From an uncultured delta proteobacterium (GTDB lineage: Bacteria > Desulfobacterota > RBG-13-43-22), in the NCBI GenBank assembly GCA_963743305.1, contig CAVUPH010000020.1, forward strand, positions 132,813-196,812: a stretch of DNA of 64,000 nucleotides, written 5' to 3'. Positions 30,137-40,535 of the stretch are shown here, piece after piece; position 1 is the first letter of the stretch, and every line of letters starts with the position of its first letter. The notes under the pieces are model-generated. The model made no database searches, was not told the DNA's origin, and was given only the letters and a program-made list of their open reading frames with translations. Both the position numbers and the translations under genes were made by a program.

Positions 30137-31729
30137 TCAGATTTCCTTCAGAAAGCCGTCGAGGCCCTTTTCGGTCTTCTTCAGGAACGTCTTGAGTTCC
30201 CGGATTTTCCCTTTTTTCAAGGTCGGCATTTTTCCGAGGAGGCCGTGCAGTCCTTCCAGACGGGTTTCCAGCAGGGCGTAAAGGGCCATCAGCTCCTCGC
30301 TTTCCTTGGTCAGTTCAACGGGTCTTTCCGTGGGAATCGCCAAGGGGATTGTCTCCAGCCACTGTGGGACTTGGGCGGTGAAGGGGAAGTTTTTTTGAAT
30401 GGCGGCGGCCAAGGCCAGGCTGGCCGATTCTTCGCCATGGATGACGTACACTTGGAGACCGGGATTCTTAAAGTGACCCAGCCAGGCCAGTAATTCCTTT
30501 TGGTCGGCGTGCGCTGAGAAACCGCCAATCGTATGGATTTTGGCCCGGACGGCTACCTCCTCCTGAAAGATGCGTACTTTTTTAGCCCCATTGACGATGG
30601 CCCGGCCCAAGGTCCCTTCGGCCTGGAAGCCGATGATGACGATTTGGACCCCGGGCTTCCAAAGATTATGTTTCAGATGGTGTTTAATTCGGCCGGCATT
30701 GCACATGCCGCTGGCGGCGATGATGATCCCCGGACCTTGATGGCGGTTAATCGCCATGGATTCCTCCGGGGTGCGGGAATAAACCAGGGTGGGTATTTCA
30801 AACGGATTTTTACCTCCGCCGATCATCCGGGCCGTAGAAGGATTGAAATAGTCCGGGTGCTGTTTAAAAATCTCGGTGGCCGAAATGGCCAGGGGGCTGT
30901 CCAGATAAATCGGGAGGGAAGGGATCTGTCCTTTTTCCAGGAACTCGTTTAAGGTCAAAAGAATCTCTTGGGTGCGTTCTACGGCAAAGGCCGGAATGAT
31001 GACCTTTTCACCGTACTTGATGCCTTCCCGGATGGCTTCCAGTAATTCTTCTTTACTGGCCTCATGGGTCTTGTGGAGGCGGTTCCCGTAGGTGGATTCA
31101 ATAAAACAATAATCGGCCTCTTCCACAGTCTCTTTTTCGCTGACGATCAAGGCATTTTCCCGGCCGATGTCGCCGGAAAAGACGATTTTTCCCTCCACTC
31201 CCCGCTCCTGGTAATAGAGTTCCAAAAAGGACGCGCCCAGGATATGTCCGGCGTTCCGGAAACGAAAGCGGATATCCGGGCTGAGAGGGATATCGGTATT
31301 CCGCTCAACGGGCTCGAAATATTTGAGGCAGGCCTCGGCATCTTCCAGGGTATAAAGAGGCTCTACCGGTTTTTGACCGGAGCGAAGTCTTTTTCGCGAC
31401 TGCCATTCCGCGTCCATCTCTTGGATATGGGCGCTGTCTTTGAGCATGATCCGGCAAAGGTCAAAGGTGGCCTCGGTGCAGAGGATTTTTCCCCGGAAGC
31501 CTTCTTTGACCAGACGGGGAAGCAGACCGCAGTGGTCGATATGGGCGTGGGTCAAGAGCACATAGTGCAGTTGTTGCGGCCGGTGCCGGCTAAAGGAATA
31601 GTTGCGCCGTTCGATCTCTCGGCCGCCTTGAAACATGCCGCAGTCGACTAAAAAGCGGAGACGTTCGTTTTCCACCAAAAAACAGGAGCCGGTCACCGTT
31701 CGGGTGGCTCCCAGACAGGTCACTTGCAT
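30137..31729 (-). CDS. MBL-fold beta-CASP ribonuclease
   Basis: VTGSC, THAHIDH, AGHILG, ESTYGNR, AVERTQE and FSAHAD motifs. Confidence 0.92.
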   Translation of the reverse strand: MQVTCLGATRTVTGSCFLVENERLRFLVDCGMFQGGREIERRNYSFSRHRPQQLHYVLLTHAHIDHCGLLPRLVKEGFRGKILCTEATFDLCRIMLKDSAHIQEMDAEWQSRKRLRSGQKPVEPLYTLEDAEACLKYFEPVERNTDIPLSPDIRFRFRNAGHILGASFLELYYQERGVEGKIVFSGDIGRENALIVSEKETVEEADYCFIESTYGNRLHKTHEASKEELLEAIREGIKYGEKVIIPAFAVERTQEILLTLNEFLEKGQIPSLPIYLDSPLAISATEIFKQHPDYFNPSTARMIGGGKNPFEIPTLVYSRTPEESMAINRHQGPGIIIAASGMCNAGRIKHHLKHNLWKPGVQIVIIGFQAEGTLGRAIVNGAKKVRIFQEEVAVRAKIHTIGGFSAHADQKELLAWLGHFKNPGLQVYVIHGEESASLALAAAIQKNFPFTAQVPQWLETIPLAIPTERPVELTKESEELMALYALLETRLEGLHGLLGKMPTLKKGKIRELKTFLKKTEKGLDGFLKEI

Positions 31730-31820
31730 GAGGGTTGATCCTTTCTTAGCAAAGGCTTGACAGCGCTATTTAAATCATATAAGCAGATAGACGAGATTTC
31801 AACGAAAAATTGCGTTCTTA

Positions 31821-32149
31821 GGGCGTCTAAGGATCTTAACCGCGGCGCGACGTCTTAAAACGACGCTTCTTCCCTTTGGGTGGGTCCCCCCATAGCGGGT
31901 ATGGCCGCGGGGTCTCAGGCGAAAGGGTTTTCCAAAAGTACTCCGGACTTCGAATCCGGGCCTAGATTACAGACGTTATTTAAAGCAGGCTCATCCTCCG
32001 AGTCCCTTGAGGCCTTCCAGGCCGGCCCTGCCCCCTGGAAGATTTGAAAACTTGGGGGCCGGGTTAGAACCTATAAAGTCCCGCCTGAGGGCGGGGGAAA
32101 ACCCTTTCGCCGAGACGCCGCGGCCACCCACCCAAAAGTGCAAACAACC
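31821..32149. mobile_element. Structured ~330-nt MITE-like element, copy 2, flanked by TTA
   Basis: TTA at 31818-31820 and 32150-32152; ~31-bp stem 31902-31933/32096-32126. Confidence 0.75.
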
Positions 32150-32165
32150 TTAGAAGGAACTAGTT

Positions 32166-32831
32166 ATGCTGGAGCAAAAGTCAGACCGACAATACGTAAT
32201 CGACGACCTGACCATAAAGGATACCTGGCGGATGTTCCGTATCCTGGCCGAGTTTGTAGACGGCTTTGAAACCCTGGCCCAGATCCACCCGGCGGTTTCC
32301 ATTTTCGGTTCGGCTCGTTCCAAGCCGGGGGATCGCTCTTACGAGCAGGCCGTGGAGATTGCGCGCCTGCTGGTTAAGAACGGGTTCAACGTCATCTCCG
32401 GCGGCGGGCCGGGGATCATGGAAGCAGCCAATAAGGGGGCGGCCGAAGCGGGAGGCAAGTCGGTGGGACTGAACATTGAGTTGCCCTACGAACAAAAACC
32501 CAACCCTTACGCCAATATCCGTTTGAACTTTCGTTATTTTTTTATTCGCAAGGTCATGTTCATCAAATATGCCGTGGCCTATGTGATCTTGCCCGGAGGT
32601 TTCGGCACCCTGGATGAATTTTCCGAGGCCATCACGTTGATTCAAACCAAACGGATCAAACCTTTCCCGGTGATCCTGGTGGACAAGAGTTATTGGAAGG
32701 GTCTGCTGGACTGGATGCGCAAAACGGCCTGCCCGGAGTGCATGATTGACGCCGACGACCTGGATATCATCCGGGTGATCGACGAACCGGAGGAAGTTGT
32801 TCGGACTATCAAAAAGGTCATCATCCTCTAA
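32166..32831 (+). CDS. LOG family (TIGR00730) protein
   Basis: FGSAR, GGGPGIMEA and PGGFGTLDE motifs. Confidence 0.92.
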   Translation: MLEQKSDRQYVIDDLTIKDTWRMFRILAEFVDGFETLAQIHPAVSIFGSARSKPGDRSYEQAVEIARLLVKNGFNVISGGGPGIMEAANKGAAEAGGKSVGLNIELPYEQKPNPYANIRLNFRYFFIRKVMFIKYAVAYVILPGGFGTLDEFSEAITLIQTKRIKPFPVILVDKSYWKGLLDWMRKTACPECMIDADDLDIIRVIDEPEEVVRTIKKVIIL

Positions 32832-32838
32832 TAACAAG

Positions 32839-32935
32839 ATGAACATTGAACATCGAACGTCCAACATCGAATCTTCAATGGTGGTTAGTTTTTTATTCGA
32901 TGTTGGACGTTCGATGTTCAATGTTGGAAGTTCAT
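32839..32935. repeat. Inverted heptamer (AACATCG) repeat element A
   Basis: atgaacattgaacatcgaacgtccaacatcgaa ... ttcgatgttggacgttcgatgttcaatgtt. Confidence 0.85.
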
Positions 32936-32977
32936 TTTCATGCTTCGGGGTGCCCGCTCCGGGCAGATGGTTTTACG

Positions 32978-34714
32978 ATGGAAAACAAGGAAGTCGCGCG
33001 GGTGCTGGCTGAAATCGCCGAGTTGCTGGAACTGGCCGGGGAGAACCCGTTCAAAATCAGGGCCTATACCCAGGGTGCCCGAATCATCGAGGCCCAGGAT
33101 CAAACCGTTTCCGAACTGATCGCCGCCGGCGAACTGGCCCGGATCAAGGGCATCGGGTCCACCCTCTCCCAGCAGATCACCCAACTGGTTCGGGAGGGCG
33201 CCATTCCTTTACACCTGGAGTTGAAAAAAACTTTCCCCCAGGGCATCCGGGAGCTGCTCCGCGTCCCGGGGCTCGGCCCCAAAAAAGTGAAAGAATTGAT
33301 CGATCAACTGGGTATCCGTTCCCTGGGAGAACTGGAATACGCCGGACACGAAAACCGGCTGGTCCCTCTGCCCGGGTTCGGAAAAAAATCCCAGGAGAAT
33401 ATCCTCAGAGGGATCGAACACTTGAAGAAATTTCAGGGACGGTTCCTCTTCGGGGAGGTCTATCCGCAGGCCCGGGCGCTACTCGAAAAAATCCTCAAAC
33501 ACCCCCAAACCCTCCGGGCGGACATTGCCGGGAGCCTACGCCGGCGCAAGGAAATCGTCAAGGACATCGATCTGGTGGCGGAAAGCCGAAAGCCGGAAGT
33601 CCTGATGGACTTTTTCACTTCCCTTCCCCTGGTGGCGCAAATAACGGCGAAAGGCTCGACCAAAGCGGCGGTCCAGCTCAAGACCGGTATTCAGGCCGAT
33701 CTGCGGGTGGTGGGTCCCGGGGGGTTCCCTTTTGCCCTGCACCACTTTACGGGCAGCAAGGAACATCACATCGCCTTGAGGTCCCTGGCCAACGAAATGG
33801 ACCTCAAGATCAATGAGTACGGGCTGTTCAAAGAAGAAAGGCCGATTGCCTGCCACGATGAGGCCGCGCTTTACGCCCGGCTGGGTCTGAACTACATCCC
33901 GCCCGAGCTGCGGGAGGATTGGGGAGAAATCGAGGCCGCCCGAAGGAAAGAGCTTCCTCGCCTGCTGGAGGAAAAAGACCTCCGGGGAGCCTTTCACTTT
34001 CATACGCACCTGAGCGACGGCACGCCCACTTTGAGCCAATGGGTCCAGGCGGCCCAATCCAAAGGATACCGCTACCTGGGCATTTCCGACCACAGTCAAT
34101 CGGCGTTTTATGCCGGCGGCTTGAAAGTGGAGCAACTGAAACGGCAGGAAGAGGAAATACGGCGTTTAAACGAAAGTCAAAAACAGGTACATCTTTTTTG
34201 GGGAATCGAGTCGGACATCCAGCCCGACGGGTCATTGGATTACCCGGATAAAGAACTCGCCCGCTTCGATTTTATTATTGCCTCCATCCATTCCAAGTTC
34301 AATATGACCGAAGCGCAGATGACCCGTCGAATCATCCGGGCGCTGGAGAATCCCTTGACCACCATGCTGGGCCATCCCACCGGCCGGCTGCTCCTGGCCC
34401 GGGATCCGTATCCGCTGGATATGGAGGCGGTCCTTCAGGCGGCCGCTCGCCAGGGGGTACTGATCGAGTTGAACGCCAATCCCCACCGGCTGGATTTGGA
34501 TTGGCGGCTGATGAAAAAAGCCAAGGACTTAGGGCTCCAGGTGGTGATCAATCCCGATGCCCATCATCTAGAGGGGTTGGATGACGTGGGTTACGGGGTG
34601 GGCATAGCCCGCAAAGGCTGGCTGACCAAAGAGGATGTCTTTAATACCAGGGAGGCGGAGGAAGTGGCGGATTATCTGGAGAAACGAAGGAGGAAAATAG
34701 AGGAAGGCGGTTGA
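32978..34714 (+). CDS. polX: DNA polymerase X with PHP domain
   Basis: GSLRR..DID, DLRVV and FTGSKEH; PHP motifs HFHT..SDG, DHS, HPTGR, DAH. Confidence 0.93.
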   Translation: MENKEVARVLAEIAELLELAGENPFKIRAYTQGARIIEAQDQTVSELIAAGELARIKGIGSTLSQQITQLVREGAIPLHLELKKTFPQGIRELLRVPGLGPKKVKELIDQLGIRSLGELEYAGHENRLVPLPGFGKKSQENILRGIEHLKKFQGRFLFGEVYPQARALLEKILKHPQTLRADIAGSLRRRKEIVKDIDLVAESRKPEVLMDFFTSLPLVAQITAKGSTKAAVQLKTGIQADLRVVGPGGFPFALHHFTGSKEHHIALRSLANEMDLKINEYGLFKEERPIACHDEAALYARLGLNYIPPELREDWGEIEAARRKELPRLLEEKDLRGAFHFHTHLSDGTPTLSQWVQAAQSKGYRYLGISDHSQSAFYAGGLKVEQLKRQEEEIRRLNESQKQVHLFWGIESDIQPDGSLDYPDKELARFDFIIASIHSKFNMTEAQMTRRIIRALENPLTTMLGHPTGRLLLARDPYPLDMEAVLQAAARQGVLIELNANPHRLDLDWRLMKKAKDLGLQVVINPDAHHLEGLDDVGYGVGIARKGWLTKEDVFNTREAEEVADYLEKRRRKIEEGG

Positions 34715-34757
34715 AGGAGCCGGAATAATCACGAGACCCTTTCTTTTTGGTACTACA

Positions 34758-34841
<84 letters not shown>

Positions 34842-34918
34842 TTTTTATGCCCTTGGCACCGTCCATCCAGCGCAAGAACAACTTAACGCACGTTTTTTCT
34901 CATAGTAAGGCGTCAACT

Positions 34919-35666
34919 ATGAAACCCGAAGACAAAATCAAAGATCATTCTCCCTGCCCTGGATAAACTTTATCCCCAGGCCCAAACCGCCCTTTCCTCC
35001 AAAAATCCCTTGGAGATGCTGGTAGCCACTATTCTCTCGGCCCAGTGCACGGATAAAAAGGTGAACGAGGTGACTCGGGTCTTGTTTAAGAAATACCGGA
35101 GCGCCCGCGATTATGCGGAGGCCGACCTGGCTGAATTGGAGGCGGATATCCGGCCTACCGGCTTTTTCCACAACAAGGCCAAAAGCCTCAAAAATTGCTG
35201 TGCGGAATTAATCCGGCGTCATCAGGGACAGGTGCCTCGGACCTTGGAGGAACTGATCGCCCTCCCGGGGATTGGGCGAAAAACGGCCAATGTGGTCCTG
35301 GGAAGCGCTTTTGGGATTCCGGGGGTCGTGGTGGACACCCATGTGGGTCGGATCGTCCAGCGTCTGGGACTGATCCGGGAAAAGGACCCGGTAAAAATCG
35401 AGCTGGCCTTAATGCCCTTGATTCCCGAAGACCGCTGGATCCTTTTCTCCCATCAACTGATCGCGCACGGGCGGTCCCTGTGCCCGGCCCGGTCTCCCCG
35501 CTGCCCGGAATGCCCTTTGCGGAAGGCTTGTGATTATGGGGGGGCGGAAGACAAGATGGAAGAGGGAAGAGGGAAGATGGGAGAAAAGAGAAGAGAGGGG
35601 GAGGGGGCGATCGCGGAGCGCGACGTTAAGGGGAAAAAAAGAGAGGGCGGAGGTAAAGACTGGTAG
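34919..35666 (+). CDS. nth: Endonuclease III (frameshift near start; low-complexity tail)
   Basis: LSAQCTD, LPGIGRKTANVV, VDTHV and C-X6-C-X2-C-X5-C Fe-S motif. Confidence 0.9.
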
Positions 35667-35679
35667 GAATAATGGAAGG

Positions 35680-36396
35680 ATGGATAAGATCGAGAGTGAA
35701 ATTCCGGTAGTCGAGATTGTTAATCTGTACAAGTCCTATTGGCGGGGCAACCAGCGGATACCGGTTCTGGAGGACCTTAGCCTCACCATTCCGGAAGGGG
35801 AATTTATAGCCCTCATGGGTCCTTCGGGTTCCGGCAAAACCACCCTGCTTAATTTAATCGCCGGGATCGATCAGGCCGATCAGGGCGCGATCAAAGTGGC
35901 CGGGACCGACATCACCCGATTGGGCGAAACCGAATTGGCGGCCTGGCGTTCCCGCCACATCGGTTTTGTTTTTCAGTTTTATAATCTGCTTCCGGTCCTG
36001 ACCGCCTATGAAAATGTGGAACTCCCCCTGCTGTTAAGTGAGCTGTCCAGAAAAGCACGCCGCCGACATGTGGAAACGGCCTTGCGGGTTGTCGGTCTGG
36101 AGGACCGCCGGGACCACTATCCTCAGCAGTTATCGGGCGGGCAACAGCAGCGGGTGGCCATCGCCCGGGCGATCATCACCGATCCGACCATCGTGGTGGC
36201 CGACGAACCCACGGGAGACCTGGACAAGGTTTCGGCCCGGGAGATCCTGCTATTGATGGAGGGGCTTAATCGGGAGTTCGGGAAAACCATCATCATGGTC
36301 ACCCACGACCCCCGGGCAGCCAAGGCGGCGCGCTTACAGTTTTTTTTGGATAAGGGGACGCTGAATCCCCAGTCGAAGGCGGACTCGTCGTTTTAA
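35680..36396 (+). CDS. ABC transporter ATP-binding protein (LolD/MacB-like)
   Basis: GPSGSGKT, LSGGQQQR, DEPTGDLD and VTHD motifs. Confidence 0.92.
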   Translation: MDKIESEIPVVEIVNLYKSYWRGNQRIPVLEDLSLTIPEGEFIALMGPSGSGKTTLLNLIAGIDQADQGAIKVAGTDITRLGETELAAWRSRHIGFVFQFYNLLPVLTAYENVELPLLLSELSRKARRRHVETALRVVGLEDRRDHYPQQLSGGQQQRVAIARAIITDPTIVVADEPTGDLDKVSAREILLLMEGLNREFGKTIIMVTHDPRAAKAARLQFFLDKGTLNPQSKADSSF

Positions 36397-36428
36397 AACG
36401 GCATATTTATGTCTTTTTGTTTTATGGG

Positions 36429-36457
36429 TTGACATAGAGAAATTGGTGGAGCATACT
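36429..36457 (+). promoter_or_regulatory. Sigma70 promoter of vapBC
   Basis: TTGACA-17 nt-CATACT, ending 6 nt before ATG 36464. Confidence 0.65.
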
Positions 36458-36463
36458 TTTTTT

Positions 36464-36736
36464 ATGAGGACCACGATTGAAATTGACATCGACCTAATAA
36501 GAGAACTTAAGGAGCAGGGACACCGGGAGGGCAAATCATTGCGAAAAATGGTGAATGCGGCCCTTCGACGGGGTTTAAACAGTTCAACCGTTTCACGTTC
36601 TCCAAGGAGATATAAATGTCCGGCTTGGCCTATGGGGAACCCGCCGGGCTCTATAATAGACCTGGATAAGGCCCTCGCCCGGTCCGGAGCGCTGGAGGAT
36701 GTCGAGATACTAAGAAAACTGGAGCTGCGGAAATAA
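36464..36736 (+). CDS. VapB-like antitoxin
   Basis: MRTTIEIDIDL...VNAALRRGL RHH-like pattern upstream of a PIN gene. Confidence 0.8.
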   Translation: MRTTIEIDIDLIRELKEQGHREGKSLRKMVNAALRRGLNSSTVSRSPRRYKCPAWPMGNPPGSIIDLDKALARSGALEDVEILRKLELRK

Positions 36737-36743
36737 AAGCACG

Positions 36744-37172
36744 GTGAAGCTGGTCGACTTAAATTTGCTCCTTTATGCGGTCAACATCGACAGCCATCCC
36801 CATCAAAAGGCGAAGGCTTGGCTGGAAGAGGTGTTGTCGGGGGATGAACCTGTCGCTATTTCCTGGGTGGTTTTATTGGGGTTTTTGAGAATTTCGACCA
36901 ACCCCCATATTTTCCCCAATTCCTTGTCGGTTGAGATTGCCTTGGAGATTGTTGAAAGCTGGATGGCCCAACCCAATGTGCAACTGCTATCGCCCCAAAA
37001 GGGTCACTGGAAAATTCTCCGGTCCCTAATGGTTGAATCGGGGACTGCGGGAAACCTCGTCACCGATACCCATTTGGCGGCCCTGGCCATAGAAAACGGC
37101 GCGGAACTTTGTTCGACGGACAGCGATTTCGCTCGCTTCCCCAGATTGCATTGGACCAATCCGCTCCGGTAA
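36744..37172 (+). CDS. VapC PIN-domain toxin
   Basis: VDLNLLLYA, GFLRISTNP, GNLVTDTHLAALAIE and STDSDF motifs. Confidence 0.9.
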   Translation: MKLVDLNLLLYAVNIDSHPHQKAKAWLEEVLSGDEPVAISWVVLLGFLRISTNPHIFPNSLSVEIALEIVESWMAQPNVQLLSPQKGHWKILRSLMVESGTAGNLVTDTHLAALAIENGAELCSTDSDFARFPRLHWTNPLR

Positions 37173-37343
37173 GGTCAGCATTTTAAGCTCCTTTCAGTGA
37201 TTCCCTAGATGCGGATTGCTTATATTCCTTTCTATGCTATAATAGCAAACTTTTTGTAACCTAATATTACAAAAACCTTTGGTTTTTAAAATAAAGATTC
37301 CCTGAGCGTTCCCGGGAATCTTTGTTTTTAAAAGGAGAATCCC

Positions 37344-37592
37344 ATGCCCATCTTTGAATTTGTGTGTGAGCATTGCCGCCGGAATTTTGAGCTCTTGGCC
37401 ACTCGGAGCGAAGACCAGGTCGCCCCGGTCTGCCCCCACTGTCAGTCGCCGGAGATCAGGCGAGTGCTCTCCAAAGTCAATGCCCGAGTAGCCTCCAGCA
37501 CCTCGCCGACGTCTTCCCTGCCCCAGGTCCAATCCCGGAATTGCGCCTCCGGTCATTGCAGCACCATCGAAATCCCCGGACCGACTAAGTAG
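37344..37592 (+). CDS. FmdB family zinc-ribbon protein
   Basis: MPIFEFVCEHC...CPHCQS. Confidence 0.88.
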   Translation: MPIFEFVCEHCRRNFELLATRSEDQVAPVCPHCQSPEIRRVLSKVNARVASSTSPTSSLPQVQSRNCASGHCSTIEIPGPTK

Positions 37593-37717
37593 GGGATGTT
37601 TATTTATAATTCAACAGGTTATCCTATTTGTTTAAAGCGTTTTCCATGGGAAACTTCATTCTGGAAAGCTTGACAATACAGCGGAAGTGTATTAAAGGCA
37701 TATACCTAGCCAAAAAT

Positions 37718-37921
37718 ATGAGCGAACTACTGACGGTCATAGGGCTGATACTGGTTTTGGAAGGGTTGCCCTATTTCGCCTTTCCGGAAAAATTCAAGAT
37801 TTGGATCCTGAAGATGGTGGAGATGCCGGAAGGGCAACTCCGGATCTACGGTCTGGTTTCCATGTTGATCGGTTTGCTGCTGGTCTTCGTGGCCCGACGT
37901 TCTCCTTGGCTGAGCGGATGA
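37718..37921 (+). CDS. DUF2065 membrane protein
   Basis: GLILVLEGLPYFAFP...LRIYG. Confidence 0.85.
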   Translation: MSELLTVIGLILVLEGLPYFAFPEKFKIWILKMVEMPEGQLRIYGLVSMLIGLLLVFVARRSPWLSG

Positions 37922-37937
37922 AGGCGGTGATCTGAGG

Positions 37938-38999
37938 ATGGGAGCCTCCCTCGCGGACTTTGATTTTGAACTCCCCACCCGGTTGATCGCCCAGGAACCC
38001 AGCTCGTATCGGGACCAATCGCGATTATTCGTGTTGGGACGTCGTTCCGGTGGAACGGCCCACCGTCTTTTTTACACTATCGTTGAAAACCTGCAAAGCG
38101 GAGACGTCCTGGTCATCAATGACACCCGGGTGATTCCGGCCAAATTAACCGGGCGCAAAGACTCCGGGGGGCGGGTAGAATGTCTGGTTCTGAATTATCC
38201 GGATTCACCGGTTGAGAAAAGCTATGCCAGCCTCTGTTTGCTGAAGAGTTCGAGGAAACCGAGGGTCGGGGAGCGGTTCACTTTCGGCGAATGGGGTTCC
38301 GGTGAAATCCTGCCCCCAGCGCCCAACGGGACCGCTCGGGTGCTGTTTCGTTTCCCCGGATCATTCGAAGCCTTCCTGGATCTCGCCGGGCAACCCCCCC
38401 TGCCGCCCTACATTCGTCGGAAGGAAGAGACGGGCGCCTGCCAGGAGCGCGACTTGGAGCGCTATCAGACGGTCTATGCCGAAAAACCGGGGGCGGTGGC
38501 GGCCCCGACCGCCGGGTTGCATTTCTCTCCGGAGCTGTTAACCCGGATCAGGGCCAAAGGGGTCTTTATAGCCCCGGTCACCCTACACGTCGGCTACGGG
38601 ACCTTTGCTCCCATCAAAGGCGACGACCCGACTCAGCACCGGATGCACGCCGAGTTTTATCATGTTTCCCCCGAGACCGCCCGTGTTATTCAGGAACAAA
38701 AGCGGAAAGGGAAACGAGTCTTCGCCACGGGGACTACCAGTCTGCGGGTTCTGGAATACGTGGCCGCCAAACAGGGAAACCTGGTGGCGGCTCAAGGGGA
38801 ATGCGATCTTTTCATCACCCCCGGCTATGACTTTAAAATTGTGGATGCCTTGATCACGAATTTTCACTTGCCTCGGACGACGCTGATTTTACTGGTGGCG
38901 GCCTTTGCCGGGCGCGAGAATATCCTCAGGGCCTATCGGGAGGCTATTGAACAAAATTACCGGTTTTACAGCTTTGGCGATGCCATGTTGATCGTCTAG
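37938..38999 (+). CDS. queA: SAM:tRNA ribosyltransferase-isomerase
   Basis: LIAQEP, NDTRVIPA, LPPYI, AAPTAGLHF and YRFYSFGD motifs. Confidence 0.97.
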   Translation: MGASLADFDFELPTRLIAQEPSSYRDQSRLFVLGRRSGGTAHRLFYTIVENLQSGDVLVINDTRVIPAKLTGRKDSGGRVECLVLNYPDSPVEKSYASLCLLKSSRKPRVGERFTFGEWGSGEILPPAPNGTARVLFRFPGSFEAFLDLAGQPPLPPYIRRKEETGACQERDLERYQTVYAEKPGAVAAPTAGLHFSPELLTRIRAKGVFIAPVTLHVGYGTFAPIKGDDPTQHRMHAEFYHVSPETARVIQEQKRKGKRVFATGTTSLRVLEYVAAKQGNLVAAQGECDLFITPGYDFKIVDALITNFHLPRTTLILLVAAFAGRENILRAYREAIEQNYRFYSFGDAMLIV

Positions 39000-40100
<1,101 letters not shown>

Positions 40101-40130
40101 CCTCGCACACTAAAGAAAGGAGTCGTCATT

Positions 40131-40487
40131 ATGGATTGGTTACTTTCAGCGGCTGAAGCCATGGGCCTTCCCGGAACGGGATCCGGAGGATCGGCGGGAG
40201 GAGGGGGATTGATGGGTTTGCTGCCCTTAGTCCTGATGTTTGCCATTTTCTATTTTTTGTTGATCCGTCCCCAGCAGAAGAAGGCTAAACAACATAAGGA
40301 TATGTTGAGCAACCTGAAACGGGGTGACTCGATTATCACCACCGGGGGAATTTACGGACGCATCGTCGAAGTCAATGACACTAGTATGACCGTCGAAGTG
40401 GCGGATAAGGTCCGGGTCAAGGTCGGGAAAGGATTTGTCCACGGTATCGCCGGCAGCAGTCCGGAAGCCCCTCCGCTCCCCAAATAA
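40131..40487 (+). CDS. yajC: Preprotein translocase subunit YajC
   Basis: FYFLLIRPQQKK, GDSIITTGGIYG; follows tgt. Confidence 0.95.
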   Translation: MDWLLSAAEAMGLPGTGSGGSAGGGGLMGLLPLVLMFAIFYFLLIRPQQKKAKQHKDMLSNLKRGDSIITTGGIYGRIVEVNDTSMTVEVADKVRVKVGKGFVHGIAGSSPEAPPLPK

Positions 40488-40535
40488 CGGGGTCCCGCCG
40501 CGAACTGCACCTGCGATCGCTGAGGGTAAACGTAG

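Noticed and set aside
32846-32977. N-terminal extensions of PolX, TatD (61655-61822) and DUF721 (60503-60610), and short 'NIEHRTSNIE' ORFs
   Set aside because: These are translations of heptamer/REP repeats; better starts lie downstream.
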